Shown: positions 1 to 9,506 of the stretch, one piece after another
Numbering within the stretch: the stretch's first letter is position 1
Layout: each line of letters opens with the position of its first letter
Assembly (NCBI GenBank): GCA_964637025.1
Contig: CAZWTL010000001.1
Coordinates: 81,701-145,700 of the forward strand
Direction: 5' to 3'
Source of the DNA: an uncultured Syntrophaceae bacterium
GTDB taxonomy: Bacteria; Desulfobacterota; Syntrophia; Syntrophales; UBA5619
Length of the DNA stretch: 64,000 nt
Position numbers and translations under genes: made by a program
Notes under the pieces: model-generated
The model's database searches: none
The model's input: only the letters and a program-made list of their open reading frames with translations
Told to the model about the DNA's origin: nothing

Positions 1-1
1 G

Positions 2-1444
2 TACCGAATCCTGGCGGACAGCTCTCAGGCGGGTGTCTATATCCTCCAGGACGGCAGGTTCCAGTTCGTCAATCCCCACATCCAGGAATACGCCGGCTAC
101 ACGGCGGAGGAGATGCTCGGAATGGATGCGATCCGCTTCATCCATGCCGAAGACCGGGCCCAGGCGCGAAAGAACGCGATCCGGATGCTCAAGGGGCAGC
201 GGTTCTCGCCTTACGAATTCCGGATCATCACCCGGGACGGCCGGACGAAGTGGATCCTGGAGACGGTGACATCCATTCGTTACGGAGGCCGCCCGGCCGT
301 GCTGGGCAGTTCCATGAACATTACGGAACAGAAAGAGGCCCGAACCCGCCTTGAGGAGATCGAGGCGCTCGAATCCTCGATTCTCGACGCGATCCCGCAT
401 GCCGTCATCGGGCTGCACAACCGGATTTTCATTTTCGCCAACAATGCCGTGAAGGCCGTTTTCGGCTGGCGGCCGGAGGAACTGATCGGCAAGAATGTCC
501 GGATCCTTTACCGCACCGACGAAGAATACGAACACATCTCGGAGATCTTCTACAGCGCCCTCCAGAAGCAGCGAACCTTCAGCAGCGAGTTCCCGTGCCG
601 GCGGAAGGACGGCGGAGACATCGTCTGCATGATCCGCGCCTCGAGGATCGGCGCCACCCTCAGCGAACGGCGGATCGTTGCGACCTACGAGGACATCACC
701 GAACGGATACAGGGGGAAAAGGAGCTGGAGCACTCCCGGCAGGAACTGCGTAACCTTTCGGCCCATCAGCAGACGGTCCGCGAAGAGGAGCGGACGCGGA
801 TCGCCCGCGAGATCCATGACGAACTGGGACAGACCCTCACGGCCCTCAAGATGGACCTCTCCTGGGTGAAGAACCGCCTTCCGGCCGGGATGAAGCCCCT
901 GCAGACGAAAATCCAGCAGATGTCGGAGCTTGCCGGCACCACGATCGAGACGGTCAGGCGCATTGCGACGGAACTCCGTCCCGGCCTGCTGGACGATCTC
1001 GGCCTTGCGGCGGCCATCGAATGGCAGGCCGCGGATTTTCAGAACCATTCCGGCATCGCATGCTCGGCCGTTCTGGCCGCCGACGATCTGGAGCTGGACC
1101 GCGATCTGGCGACGGCGATCTTCCGTATTTTCCAGGAGACGCTGACGAATGTCGCCCGCCACGCCGGGGCGACCCGGGTGGACGTCAGCCTCGAGAGGAG
1201 CCGGGACCGGATCGTGCTGACCGTGGCCGACAACGGTCGGGGGATCACGAAGCACCAAAGCGAAGACAGCCGGTCCTTCGGCATCATCGGGATGCGGGAG
1301 AGGGCCCATCTCTGGGGCGGCGAGCTGCATATCACGGGCAATCGGGAGGAGGGGACCCGGGTTACGGTGACCCTTCCGTTGAATCCCTCGAACGCCGCCG
1401 TCCGGAAGGGGACAGGCGGGACTTTCGGGGAGAAGGGGCCATGA
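2..1444 (+). CDS. PAS-domain sensor histidine kinase (HisKA_3 + HATPase_c, NarX/DegS type); 5' end cut by window edge
   Basis: Frame is open from nt 2 (YRILADSSQAGVYILQDGRFQFVNPHIQEYAGYTAEEMLGMDAIRF = PAS fold) and continues into listed ORF 113..1444. It has a second PAS-like block, the H-box 'IAREIHDELGQTLTALKMDL', and ATPase blocks 'VADNGRGI' and 'FGIIGMRERA'. The stop overlaps the next start (ATGA). Confidence 0.88.
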   Translation, partial: YRILADSSQAGVYILQDGRFQFVNPHIQEYAGYTAEEMLGMDAIRFIHAEDRAQARKNAIRMLKGQRFSPYEFRIITRDGRTKWILETVTSIRYGGRPAVLGSSMNITEQKEARTRLEEIEALESSILDAIPHAVIGLHNRIFIFANNAVKAVFGWRPEELIGKNVRILYRTDEEYEHISEIFYSALQKQRTFSSEFPCRRKDGGDIVCMIRASRIGATLSERRIVATYEDITERIQGEKELEHSRQELRNLSAHQQTVREEERTRIAREIHDELGQTLTALKMDLSWVKNRLPAGMKPLQTKIQQMSELAGTTIETVRRIATELRPGLLDDLGLAAAIEWQAADFQNHSGIACSAVLAADDLELDRDLATAIFRIFQETLTNVARHAGATRVDVSLERSRDRIVLTVADNGRGITKHQSEDSRSFGIIGMRERAHLWGGELHITGNREEGTRVTVTLPLNPSNAAVRKGTGGTFGEKGP

Positions 1445-2091
1445 TTCGCATACTGGTGGTGGACGACCACGCGATCGTCCGCGAGGGGCTCAAACAGATC
1501 CTGAGCGACGTGAACGGGATGTCGGTGAGCGACGAGGCGGCCGGCGGCCAGGAGGCCCTCGCAAAGATCCGGAGCGCGGCGTTCGACGTGATCCTCCTGG
1601 ACATCTCCCTGCCGGGGCGGAGCGGGCTGGAGATTCTCAAGGAGATCAGGGCGGAACAGCCGAAGCTTCCCGTTCTGATTCTCAGCATGCACGCCGAGGA
1701 ACAGTACGCCATCCGTTCGCTCCGCGCGGGCGCTTCGGGCTATCTGACCAAGGCGAGCGCACCGGATGAACTGATCGGCGCGATTCGCAAGGTCTCCTGC
1801 GGCCGCAAATACGTCAGCGCCTTTCTGGCCGAGAAACTCGCCCTCGAATTGGACGCGGACGCGCAGAAGCCTCCCCACGAAACCCTTTCCGACCGGGAAT
1901 ACCAGGTGATGCTGATGCTCGCCTCGGGAAAAACGGTGAAGGAGATCGCCAACGAACTCTGTCTCAGCGTTAAAACCATCAGCACCTACCGCAGCCGCCT
2001 GATGGACAAGATGAATATGAAGAAGAATGCTGAATTGACCCTCTACGCCGTCCGGAACCGCCTCGTCGGCGATTCCACTGAAACCTACTGA
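1441..2091 (+). CDS. Two-component response regulator, NarL/FixJ family (REC + LuxR-type HTH)
   Basis: Internal ATG of ORF 1021..2091 gives 'MIRILVVDDHAIVREGLKQIL'. Acceptor region is 'DVILLDISLPGRSG'; HTH is 'LSDREYQVMLMLASGKTVKEIANELCLSVKTISTYRSRLMDKM'. The ATGA overlap with the kinase stop suggests translational coupling. Confidence 0.9.
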   Translation: MIRILVVDDHAIVREGLKQILSDVNGMSVSDEAAGGQEALAKIRSAAFDVILLDISLPGRSGLEILKEIRAEQPKLPVLILSMHAEEQYAIRSLRAGASGYLTKASAPDELIGAIRKVSCGRKYVSAFLAEKLALELDADAQKPPHETLSDREYQVMLMLASGKTVKEIANELCLSVKTISTYRSRLMDKMNMKKNAELTLYAVRNRLVGDSTETY

Positions 2092-2339
2092 CCTTTCCGC
2101 CGATGTAGGACAAAGACCGACAGGCCGGCCGGCTTCGGTCCGACGCAAAAATCAGACCCCTGCCGATAGATTCCCCCCTGCAACCGTGATACTCAAACCA
2201 TCCATGGAAATGGACGCCCGTCCATGCTCCGGGCCTGAAGGCCGCCGGAGCGGTCCGGGCGCAAGAGGTATTGCGAGGTATTGCAGTGCATATCGAGGAA
2301 GTACGCTTGGGAACGGCTGTCCGAGGAGTGGCGCGTCCG

Positions 2340-4481
2340 ATGGCGATGCCCATCCCGGATGCGGCCGTGATCCAGGCGCCCATGGCGGTGGATGACGCGC
2401 CGAATGGAATCCCCGTCGAAACATTCCGTGAAATTCTGGAGCAGGCAGGCAGGGAGAACCGGACCTATCTGATGGAGCATGAATGCAAGGAGCTCCTGGA
2501 GGGGATGGGGATCGCAACAACAGGCTCGCTTGTGGCCGGCTCCGGTGATGAGGCGGCGGGGATGGCCCGCGTTTTGGGCTATCCCGTCGCCTTGAAGATC
2601 GTCTCCCCCGATGTGGTTCACAAGGCCGAAACCGGGGGCGTCCGGCTCAATCTGAACTCCGCCGATGAAGTCCGGAAGGCCTACCGGGACATCGTGGGCT
2701 CATACCGCTACCAGCACATCGTCGGCGTTTCCGTTCAGCGGATGGCCGCGCCCGGGGTGGAGGCGATCGTCGGCGTGACCCGGGACCCGAATTTCGGCCG
2801 CATCCTGATGTTCGGGCTCGGAGGCACGTTCGCCGAGGTTCTCGGGGACGTCACCTTCCGGGTGCTTCCGGTGACCGAGAGGGATGTGGACGGGATGATT
2901 CGCGAGATCAAGGGTTATCCGCTGCTCCAGGGATACCGGGGGCAATCGGTCGATGTCGACTCCCTCAAGGGTCTGCTGCTTCGGATCTCCGACCTCGTTG
3001 GGGCCTGCCCCGAGATCCGGGAACTCGATTTGAATCCCGTTTTTCTTTACCCGGACGGGAATTGCGTCGTCGATGCCGGCATGTTCGTCGGAAAGAGGGT
3101 CGAAAGGCCCGCCGCGCGCCGTTCCCCGAATCTCAGGGACTTCTTTTATCCGAAAAGCATCGCCGTGATCGGCGCCTCCGGGGTGAAGGGGAAACTGGGT
3201 TACAACGTTTTGAACAATCTGCTTTCCCACGGCTACAAGGGAAAGCTCTACCCGATCAATCCCAAAAACGACGTGGTGCAGGGGGTCAAGGCCTACCGTC
3301 ATATCGCGGATGTGCCCGGGGCGGTCGATCTGGCCCTCGTGATCGTCCCTGCGGAGAGGACCCCCGCCGCGATCGAAGAGTGCTGCCGAAAAGGGGTGCG
3401 GTTCATCGTCGTGGAGACGGCGGGTTTTGCCGAGACAGGCGGAAAAGGGAAAGAGGCCCAGGAGCGGATCAGGCAACTCGCCGAGGCAAGCGGCTGCCGG
3501 ATTCTCGGTCCAAACTGCTCCGGCGTGATCAACACCCACCATCGCATGGTCCAGTCCATCGGGCTGCTGGAAAAGCTCGGACAGGGCAACGTCGGCATGG
3601 TCGCCCAGGCGGGCGTTTATGCCGCCGGAATCCTGACCGGATTGCGCCGGATCATGGATTTCGGAATCGTGGCGACCATCGGCAACAAGATGGACATCGA
3701 CGAGACCGACATTCTGGAATTCCTCGGTAAGGATGAGCATATCGATGTGATCGCGATGTACATGGAGGATGTCACAAGCGGACGGAGGCTCATCGAGGTC
3801 GCCCGTGAAGTCACGGCGGTCAAGCCGATCATCGCGATGAAATCGGGCAGGACCGAAGCGGGCAAGAAGGCTGCCCTGTCCCACACCGCTTCGCTCGCCG
3901 GCGACGACCGGTTCAACGACGCAGCCTTCCGCCAGAGCGGGATCATCCGCGCGCGGGACAACGCGCACCTGTTCGATTTGGTCAGGGCGTTCTCGAAACA
4001 GCCTCTGCCTGCGGGAGACGGGATGATGGTGGTCACCTATGCCGGGTCGCTGGGGGTTGCCGCGACGGACACGCTCTACCTGCAGGGCCTCCGTTTGGCC
4101 GAGCTCGAACCGGAACTCAAGACCCGGCTTCTGAGGATCATCCCGGACTACGTCCGGAACGTCAACCCCGTGAACTTCTCTTTCAGCATGGAGCCCGACC
4201 AGCTCCGCCGAAGTATTGAAATCGGATTGGAGAGCGAGGACGTCAGCGGTTTCATCGTGGTGATCCAGGGCGAGCTGCTCGGTGCTTTCGTGGATGTCCT
4301 GGCGGGAATGGACTATCGGGGAAAGCCCATTCTCGGTTGCGTGGCCTGCAGGGAGTTCATGATGGATGAGGTAATCCGAATGGAAAAGGCAGGCATCCCC
4401 GTATTCTCGACCGTGGAAATGGCGGCAGAGGCCCTGGCGACGATGCGTCGCTACCGCCTTTACCGGGAAAGGCAGTCATAG
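2340..4481 (+). CDS. ADP-forming acetyl/acyl-CoA synthetase family protein, permuted fusion (ATP-grasp beta part first, CoA-binding/ligase alpha part second)
   Basis: ORF 2271..4481. The N-half 'HECKELLEGMGI...YPVALKIVSPDVVHKAETGGVRLNL...ELDLNPVF' is an ATP-grasp. The C-half 'PKSIAVIGASGVKGKLGYNVLNNL...ILGPNCSGVINT...ALSHTASLAGDD' is CoA-binding plus ligase-CoA with a phospho-His loop. Start is uncertain (2271, 2340, 2346 or 2382); 2340 follows GAGGAG. Confidence 0.85.
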   Translation: MAMPIPDAAVIQAPMAVDDAPNGIPVETFREILEQAGRENRTYLMEHECKELLEGMGIATTGSLVAGSGDEAAGMARVLGYPVALKIVSPDVVHKAETGGVRLNLNSADEVRKAYRDIVGSYRYQHIVGVSVQRMAAPGVEAIVGVTRDPNFGRILMFGLGGTFAEVLGDVTFRVLPVTERDVDGMIREIKGYPLLQGYRGQSVDVDSLKGLLLRISDLVGACPEIRELDLNPVFLYPDGNCVVDAGMFVGKRVERPAARRSPNLRDFFYPKSIAVIGASGVKGKLGYNVLNNLLSHGYKGKLYPINPKNDVVQGVKAYRHIADVPGAVDLALVIVPAERTPAAIEECCRKGVRFIVVETAGFAETGGKGKEAQERIRQLAEASGCRILGPNCSGVINTHHRMVQSIGLLEKLGQGNVGMVAQAGVYAAGILTGLRRIMDFGIVATIGNKMDIDETDILEFLGKDEHIDVIAMYMEDVTSGRRLIEVAREVTAVKPIIAMKSGRTEAGKKAALSHTASLAGDDRFNDAAFRQSGIIRARDNAHLFDLVRAFSKQPLPAGDGMMVVTYAGSLGVAATDTLYLQGLRLAELEPELKTRLLRIIPDYVRNVNPVNFSFSMEPDQLRRSIEIGLESEDVSGFIVVIQGELLGAFVDVLAGMDYRGKPILGCVACREFMMDEVIRMEKAGIPVFSTVEMAAEALATMRRYRLYRERQS

Positions 4482-4492
4482 AGCCCCCCATA

Positions 4493-4534
4493 CTCCCCTT
4501 CCCCTTGTTCCAGTTCCCTCCGGGGGAGGGGGAG
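4493..4534 (+). terminator. Hairpin between convergent genes (possible terminator of the acyl-CoA synthetase gene)
   Basis: CTCCCCTTCCCC (4493-4504) pairs with GGGGAGGGGGAG (4523-4534), about 12 bp including one G-U. It is followed by TTCCTAATTATT. The loop is long (about 18 nt), so this is only moderate. Confidence 0.4.
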
Positions 4535-4541
4535 TTCCTAA

Positions 4542-5480
4542 TTATTCCCCGTTGTCCGTGAGAATGGCGCGGGCCCGGACCGTATCCCGTTCGATCTGCG
4601 CGGTCAGCTCTTCCGGGCTTTCGAAGCGCGCCTCGTCCCTGAGCCGGTCGACGAAGAGGACCTCGATCGACTTCCCATAGATGTTCCCATGAAAATCGAG
4701 GATATGAACCTCAACGGAACGTTTGGCGTCGGCGAAAGTCGGATTCCAACCGATGTTGAGGACCCCGTCGAGCCGTTTCCCTGCCAGGAGGACCCGGACG
4801 GCGTAGATGCCGTCGGCCGGGACCAGTGCTTTGTCGGGCTCGATGTTCGCCGTCGGGAAGCCGAGACCCGCCCCCCGATGGTTTCCCCGGATCACCCGGC
4901 CGGAGAGATTGTAGGGCCGGCCCAGCATAACCGCGGCGGAACGAACGTCTCCGGCGAGCAGGGCCTCCCGGATCTTCGTGCTGCTGATGACGGTATCGCC
5001 GACGCGAAAGGCGTTGATGACCTCGACCTCGAAGCCCAGCCGGCGTCCGGCCTCGACCAGAAAGGCCTCGTTTCCCTGCCCGCCGCGGCCGAAGGTATAG
5101 TCGTGCCCGATCAGGATGCGCCGGATCCGCAGACGATCCCAGAGAAAGCCCCGGACGAACGCCTCCGCCGTCGTGTTTGCGTATTCGAGGGAAAAGGGGA
5201 CCAGAATGAAGGCATCGATCCCGAGACCTTCCAGGATTCGGATCTTTTCTTCAAGGGAGGTGATCAGGTAAAAGGGACGACGATCGGGGTGGAGGACCAG
5301 CTTCGGGTGCGGATCGAAGCTGATCGCCACGGCCGCCCGCCCTTCGCGGCGCGCCTCCTCGACGAGCCTTCGGAAAATGAAACGATGGCCCAGATGGACC
5401 CCATCGAAATTGCCGATCGTCACGCAGGCGCCCTGGAGACGTTCCGGGATGTCCTCACTGTCGCGAATTACGTCCATCAA
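4542..5480 (-). CDS. ribF: Bifunctional riboflavin kinase / FMN adenylyltransferase
   Basis: 312 aa. Contains 'CVTIGNFDGVHLGHRFIF' (nucleotidyltransferase HxGH) and the C-terminal riboflavin kinase block 'GRVIRGNHRGAGLGFPTANI...WNPTF...VEVHILDF'. Starts at TTG 5480 or ATG 5477, with GGAGGAGG upstream. Confidence 0.93.
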   Translation of the reverse strand: MMDVIRDSEDIPERLQGACVTIGNFDGVHLGHRFIFRRLVEEARREGRAAVAISFDPHPKLVLHPDRRPFYLITSLEEKIRILEGLGIDAFILVPFSLEYANTTAEAFVRGFLWDRLRIRRILIGHDYTFGRGGQGNEAFLVEAGRRLGFEVEVINAFRVGDTVISSTKIREALLAGDVRSAAVMLGRPYNLSGRVIRGNHRGAGLGFPTANIEPDKALVPADGIYAVRVLLAGKRLDGVLNIGWNPTFADAKRSVEVHILDFHGNIYGKSIEVLFVDRLRDEARFESPEELTAQIERDTVRARAILTDNGE

Positions 5481-5684
5481 AAGCGGTTGACCTCCTCCAC
5501 GGGTCCGCTACCATAGCATCAATCCCGGCAATTTCAAGTGGAATCGTCGCCTCCGGATCGCCTCGCGAGGCGTGACTCCGCCAAAGGGGCGCGGCGGCGC
5601 GCCCCGCAAACGACCCGCATCGACCGGTTGCCCACGCGAGCCGTTCGAGGGGCCGCATCCCGGTATCCCTGCCGTCAATTTCAC

Positions 5685-5714
5685 TTGACAACCGAGGGAG
5701 CGCCGGTGTAGATA
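5685..5714 (+). promoter_or_regulatory. Candidate sigma70-type promoter for tRNA-Leu
   Basis: TTGACA (5685-5690), 18 nt spacer, TAGATA (5709-5714). Located about 33 nt upstream of the tRNA 5' end. Confidence 0.4.
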
Positions 5715-5746
5715 AAACCTCCAATTTTCAACGCCGCAAGAAGAGT

Positions 5747-5834
5747 GCCGAAGTGGCGGAATTTGGTAGACGCGCTAGGTTCAGGGTCTAGTGGGAGTAC
5801 TCCTGTCCGGGTTCAAGTCCCGGCTTCGGCACCA
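5747..5834 (+). tRNA. tRNA-Leu (anticodon CAG), class II with long variable arm, CCA encoded
   Basis: Arms by eye: GCCGAAG/TG/GCGG-AATTTGGTAGA-CGCG/CTAGG-TTCAGGG-TCTAG/TGGGAGTACTCCTGT/CCGGG-TTCAAGT-CCCGG/CTTCGGC/ACCA. It is near-colinear with E. coli tRNA-Leu(CAG). The acceptor stem is perfectly paired. Confidence 0.95.
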
Positions 5835-5844
5835 TAGACAAAAT

Positions 5845-5885
5845 GGGGATTGGCTGCTGATGCGGTCAATCCCCTTTCGCTTTTC
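5845..5885 (+). terminator. Rho-independent terminator after tRNA-Leu
   Basis: GGGGATTG (5845-5852) pairs with CAATCCCC (5867-5874), an 8-bp GC-rich stem. It is followed by TTTCGCTTTTC. Confidence 0.6.
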
Positions 5886-5995
5886 AATCTGAGAAAATCC
5901 CATCGAACGGCGGCTTCCCGGGAACCCGCGGCCGATGGCCGCCCATGGACAGCTCCGCAGATTGCCGAGATCCAGTGCCGGCACATCGGCTTTCA

Positions 5996-6024
5996 TTGAC
6001 ATACACCCATGTTGTCCCTATACT
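5996..6024 (+). promoter_or_regulatory. Candidate sigma70 promoter of the serine-hydrolase gene
   Basis: TTGACA (5996-6001), 17 nt spacer, TATACT (6019-6024). It lies in a locally AT-rich stretch about 85 nt upstream of ATG 6110. Confidence 0.55.
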
Positions 6025-6109
6025 TCCCCACTGTGAAAGCAAGTTCGTTGATTGATGCGCACCTTTGTTCTTCATATCGTTCTGCAACAAAAGGGGAGAA
6101 GCCGGACCG

Positions 6110-7927
6110 ATGGATTTCAGAAAAAAATTTGCGGAAGACCCAGCAGAGAATCCACTCCAAAAGCCAGAAGGAACCGAATCTCAAAGAAGAACAAAACGGC
6201 TGCATCTTGCGGTGCTGATGCTCCTTGTTTTCCTCACCGCCTGTGGGGGAAGCGGAGGAGATACAGCCTACGAAAAAACGATCCAGGCCATGATTCCCTT
6301 TGTCGAGCAGGAAATGCAGACAGCGGGTGTCATCGGTCTGTCCATCGCCCTGGTAGACGATCAGCGAACCGTCTGGGCCAGGGGATTCGGGTACTCGGAT
6401 CTTGCCAATCATACATTGGCCTCCGCCGAAACCCAGTTCGAGATCGGATCCAATACCAAAACCTTTGCCGGGACCATGGCCGCGCAACTGGTCGAGCAGG
6501 GGCTGCTGCGCATCGACAATCCTCTGAGCGCATACCTGACCGATTTCAGCATCAATCCCCCGCTGGGTTCTTCAGGCGGCGGCTCGGTCACAATCCGGAG
6601 CATGCTGACGCATCACTCGGGTATTCCCGGGGATGTCTTGAACGGCGCCTTCACGTTCGGATCTCCCCGCCCCAACTTTAACCGGTGGCTGCGCGATTAT
6701 ATCGGCACCGATTACCTCCACTTCCCCGCCGATCTCATTTTCTCTTATTCCAATACGGCGGTTGCCCTTCTTGCCGATGTAATCGCTGCGGCATCCGGCA
6801 CGGATTTCAATACAGGCATCGAAGCTCTTTTCCAGAAAATCGGTATGGACCGGACCGCCTTTTCTCTGGGCAGCCCCAATGTCGCCGGTCTTTCCAAGGG
6901 GTACTGGGAGGGGAAGGAGCTGGGCCCCTTTTACTGCAATCTCGGTACGGCCGGTTCGATCATATCCACTGTGAACGACATGGCGAAATATCTGAAGATG
7001 ATCATGAACGGGGGAATGGGGGAACGCGGGCGCGTGATGACTTCGGCAACGCTCGATATGATGCTCGCCGCCCAGCCTGCGCCGCCCCTGGATTTCAGCA
7101 CCCGCATCGGATTCTGCTGGCTCCTGAACGATCCGGATCTCGACTATGCCGGCCGGCTGTGCTGGCACAACGGCGGCACCATTGCCATGAAGAGTCATAT
7201 GGAAGTGCTGCGCGATCATAAACTCGCCGTCGTTGTGCTTTCGAATTCAGCCGACGCGGATGCTGCGGTGGTCAATATCGCAAAACAGGCCCTCAGACTG
7301 GCTCTGGAAGAGAAAACCGGCATCCAAGCGCCGGACGCCTATTCGCCAGAATTTTCGCCTCGCGTTTCCTGGTCTCAAAGCAGTCTCGATGCGTTGGCCG
7401 GAATCTATGTGCTTTGCTCTGAAACCGGCTATGCGAATGTCGCCAGCATTCCGGGCGGCCTGCAATGGACCGATTCCACGGGGCCCATTTCCGTTGTGCC
7501 GCGTGCAAACGGCTGGCTCTCGTCGGCCGATTCTCAGACCGTGCAGTATGAATTTGCGGTCATCTCCGGTCGCAATGTGGTCATACGCAATAGAGAAGGC
7601 AAGATCCATGTTTATGCGGAGAAATACGCGCCTGTCGCCATCCCGGAAGCCTGGAGCGCCCGCGTCGGTACCTGGGATGCCGTTGATCAGGATGCGGAGG
7701 ATTTCCGGCGCTATGTCCCGGGATGGGGTAACGATCAAAAAGCGCTGGCTGTCGCCGATGGCCTGATCATGTTAGATGGGTATGTCATTCAGCCCATCCA
7801 TGATCATCTCGGCTATGTCCGGGGCCTCGGGCGCAACATGGGCACTGCCGTTCAAGTCTATACGGATGTCGGGCCGGACGCCCACGAGGAATTGAGATAT
7901 CTGGGAATCCGGTACAAAAAGCGCTGA
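6110..7927 (+). CDS. Serine hydrolase, beta-lactamase/PBP4*-like family, lipoprotein with extra C-terminal domain
   Basis: Internal ATG of ORF 6065..7927, preceded by AAGGGGAGAA. Lipobox 'LLVFLTACGG'. Class-C-type motifs are 'SNTK' (SxxK) and 'YSN'. About 200 extra C-terminal residues have no motif I recognise. Confidence 0.8.
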   Translation: MDFRKKFAEDPAENPLQKPEGTESQRRTKRLHLAVLMLLVFLTACGGSGGDTAYEKTIQAMIPFVEQEMQTAGVIGLSIALVDDQRTVWARGFGYSDLANHTLASAETQFEIGSNTKTFAGTMAAQLVEQGLLRIDNPLSAYLTDFSINPPLGSSGGGSVTIRSMLTHHSGIPGDVLNGAFTFGSPRPNFNRWLRDYIGTDYLHFPADLIFSYSNTAVALLADVIAAASGTDFNTGIEALFQKIGMDRTAFSLGSPNVAGLSKGYWEGKELGPFYCNLGTAGSIISTVNDMAKYLKMIMNGGMGERGRVMTSATLDMMLAAQPAPPLDFSTRIGFCWLLNDPDLDYAGRLCWHNGGTIAMKSHMEVLRDHKLAVVVLSNSADADAAVVNIAKQALRLALEEKTGIQAPDAYSPEFSPRVSWSQSSLDALAGIYVLCSETGYANVASIPGGLQWTDSTGPISVVPRANGWLSSADSQTVQYEFAVISGRNVVIRNREGKIHVYAEKYAPVAIPEAWSARVGTWDAVDQDAEDFRRYVPGWGNDQKALAVADGLIMLDGYVIQPIHDHLGYVRGLGRNMGTAVQVYTDVGPDAHEELRYLGIRYKKR

Positions 7928-8096
7928 GGGCGCCCCCCTTCTTTCACCTGGGATACATTCCAAGGCCCATGCGCCTCGGCTCCCTTCACACCGCCTTTCC
8001 CGACGATGCCGTATGCCGACCCAGACTGCTCTTGGGATGCCCGTATAGGGACCTAAGCAAAGCCGCATGTCCGGCCGCTCTGTTCCCATCCCTGCC

Positions 8097-8124
8097 TTGA
8101 CTTCTTCGGGGAAAGGTTTATGAT
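8097..8124 (+). promoter_or_regulatory. Candidate sigma70 promoter upstream of the MFS-SGNH-regulator operon
   Basis: TTGACT (8097-8102), 16 nt spacer, TATGAT (8119-8124). It would give a leader of about 165 nt before ATG 8295. Confidence 0.35.
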
Positions 8125-8294
8125 CGGCTCGAAAACGCCGTTCCCGCGACGGCCTTTCCCGTTCCGCTGCGATCCTCTGGGGGTCATGCAGGACCCACAG
8201 AGAAGATCTCCGGCCGGGCTCGGCTACGCATGCGCACGGCGGAAGCGAACGGAGGCCGGGGCGGCCTTGAAGGCGGCGTTCAGGAAATCCCCTC

Positions 8295-9506
8295 ATGAAG
8301 ACGAATTCAGCGGATGACGGATCCCGGATCCCGAAACCCCTCCCTTCCGAATTTACCCTGCTTCTGCTGGTGTTCGTGACGGCCTTCTGCAATGTCAGCG
8401 TATTCTACAGCTTCTATCATTACCTGGAGACGATCGGCATCCCCGCGGCGTGGCGTGGCTTTCTGGTCGGGCTGGAGCCCATGGCGGCATTCGCCCTGCG
8501 CCTGCTCGTTCTGCCGTGGCTGCACCTGCGCAACGCCTACGGCATGGTCATGGCCTCCCTGGCCATGCTGATCCTGGTCTCCTGCGCCTACCCCTTCGTG
8601 ACGACGGTCGAGGGGCTGATCCTCCTGCGCGTCTTTCACGGCATGACCTTTGTCCTGCTGACCTCCGCCCTGATCGCGCTCATGGTGATCTTCATCCCTG
8701 CCGAGAGAAGCGGACAGGGGTTCAGCATCGTCAGCATCGGGTCGATGATCCCCTATGCGCTGATCCCGCCCCTCACCGAGATCCTGCTGCCCCATCTCCG
8801 CAATGCTGCCGACATCTACGCCGGCGTTTCCGTCTTCTCCGTGGGCGCCCTGCTGATCATGGCGGCGGTCCGCCGCCGGATAACCGATGCCCTGAAGGGA
8901 ATGGACGCGGCCATGATGCGCCGGCCGACCCTCGCCGAAATCCGGGAAAATTTCAAAGTCCGGGCTGTGCCCATGCTTCTGGCGGCCCTGCTCTTTGCCT
9001 ATTTTGCCCATGCCACGTTTTTCTATTTCATGAAGAACCTGACCCTCCAGATCGGAACGGGGAACGTCGGGACCTTTTTCGCCGTGTCCATGGCGGCCAC
9101 GATCGCGGTGCGCCTCTTCGGCGCACGCCTGTTCGACCGGACCGAAAAGGCCGGCCTTGCGCGTCTCTGCCAGATCGGTCTTTGCCTCTGCCTGGCGCTG
9201 CTTCCCCATGTCCGCACCCCGTTGGGCTATTACCTGCTGGCCGTCGTCTATGGCGCGGGGATGGGGGTGGTCATGCCCCTCCTGAACGCCCTCCTGTTTT
9301 CCGCGTCCCCTGCGGCCCTGCGGGGACTCAACACCAATCTGGGAATTTTCATCATGGATGCGGCCTATTTCCTGACGCCCTATCTGGGCGGCGCCCTGAT
9401 CGCATCCGGTGCGAGGTTCGGCGCCCTCTTCTATATCGCCGCGGTTTGCGTGATGCTGAGCTTTTTCATGATTCTGACGCTGAAACGAGGGGAGGAAAAT
9501 TTCTGA
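8295..9506 (+). CDS. MFS transporter
   Basis: 403 aa, about 12 hydrophobic spans with a central loop ('AAVRRRITDALKGMDAAMMRRPTLAEIRENFK'). The stop overlaps the next start (TGATG). Confidence 0.8.
   Translation: MKTNSADDGSRIPKPLPSEFTLLLLVFVTAFCNVSVFYSFYHYLETIGIPAAWRGFLVGLEPMAAFALRLLVLPWLHLRNAYGMVMASLAMLILVSCAYPFVTTVEGLILLRVFHGMTFVLLTSALIALMVIFIPAERSGQGFSIVSIGSMIPYALIPPLTEILLPHLRNAADIYAGVSVFSVGALLIMAAVRRRITDALKGMDAAMMRRPTLAEIRENFKVRAVPMLLAALLFAYFAHATFFYFMKNLTLQIGTGNVGTFFAVSMAATIAVRLFGARLFDRTEKAGLARLCQIGLCLCLALLPHVRTPLGYYLLAVVYGAGMGVVMPLLNALLFSASPAALRGLNTNLGIFIMDAAYFLTPYLGGALIASGARFGALFYIAAVCVMLSFFMILTLKRGEENF

Noticed and set aside
1039-2148. 369-aa ORF antisense to the histidine kinase / response regulator genes
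   Set aside because: It is Arg/Gly/Pro/Ala-rich with no motif and fully overlaps two well-supported genes. This is the typical shadow ORF of GC-rich DNA.
5747-5834. tRNA-Leu as a possible genomic-island integration site
   Set aside because: There is no integrase, no direct repeat of the tRNA 3' end, and no obvious compositional shift in the flanking genes. The downstream genes (serine hydrolase, MFS) look native in codon style.
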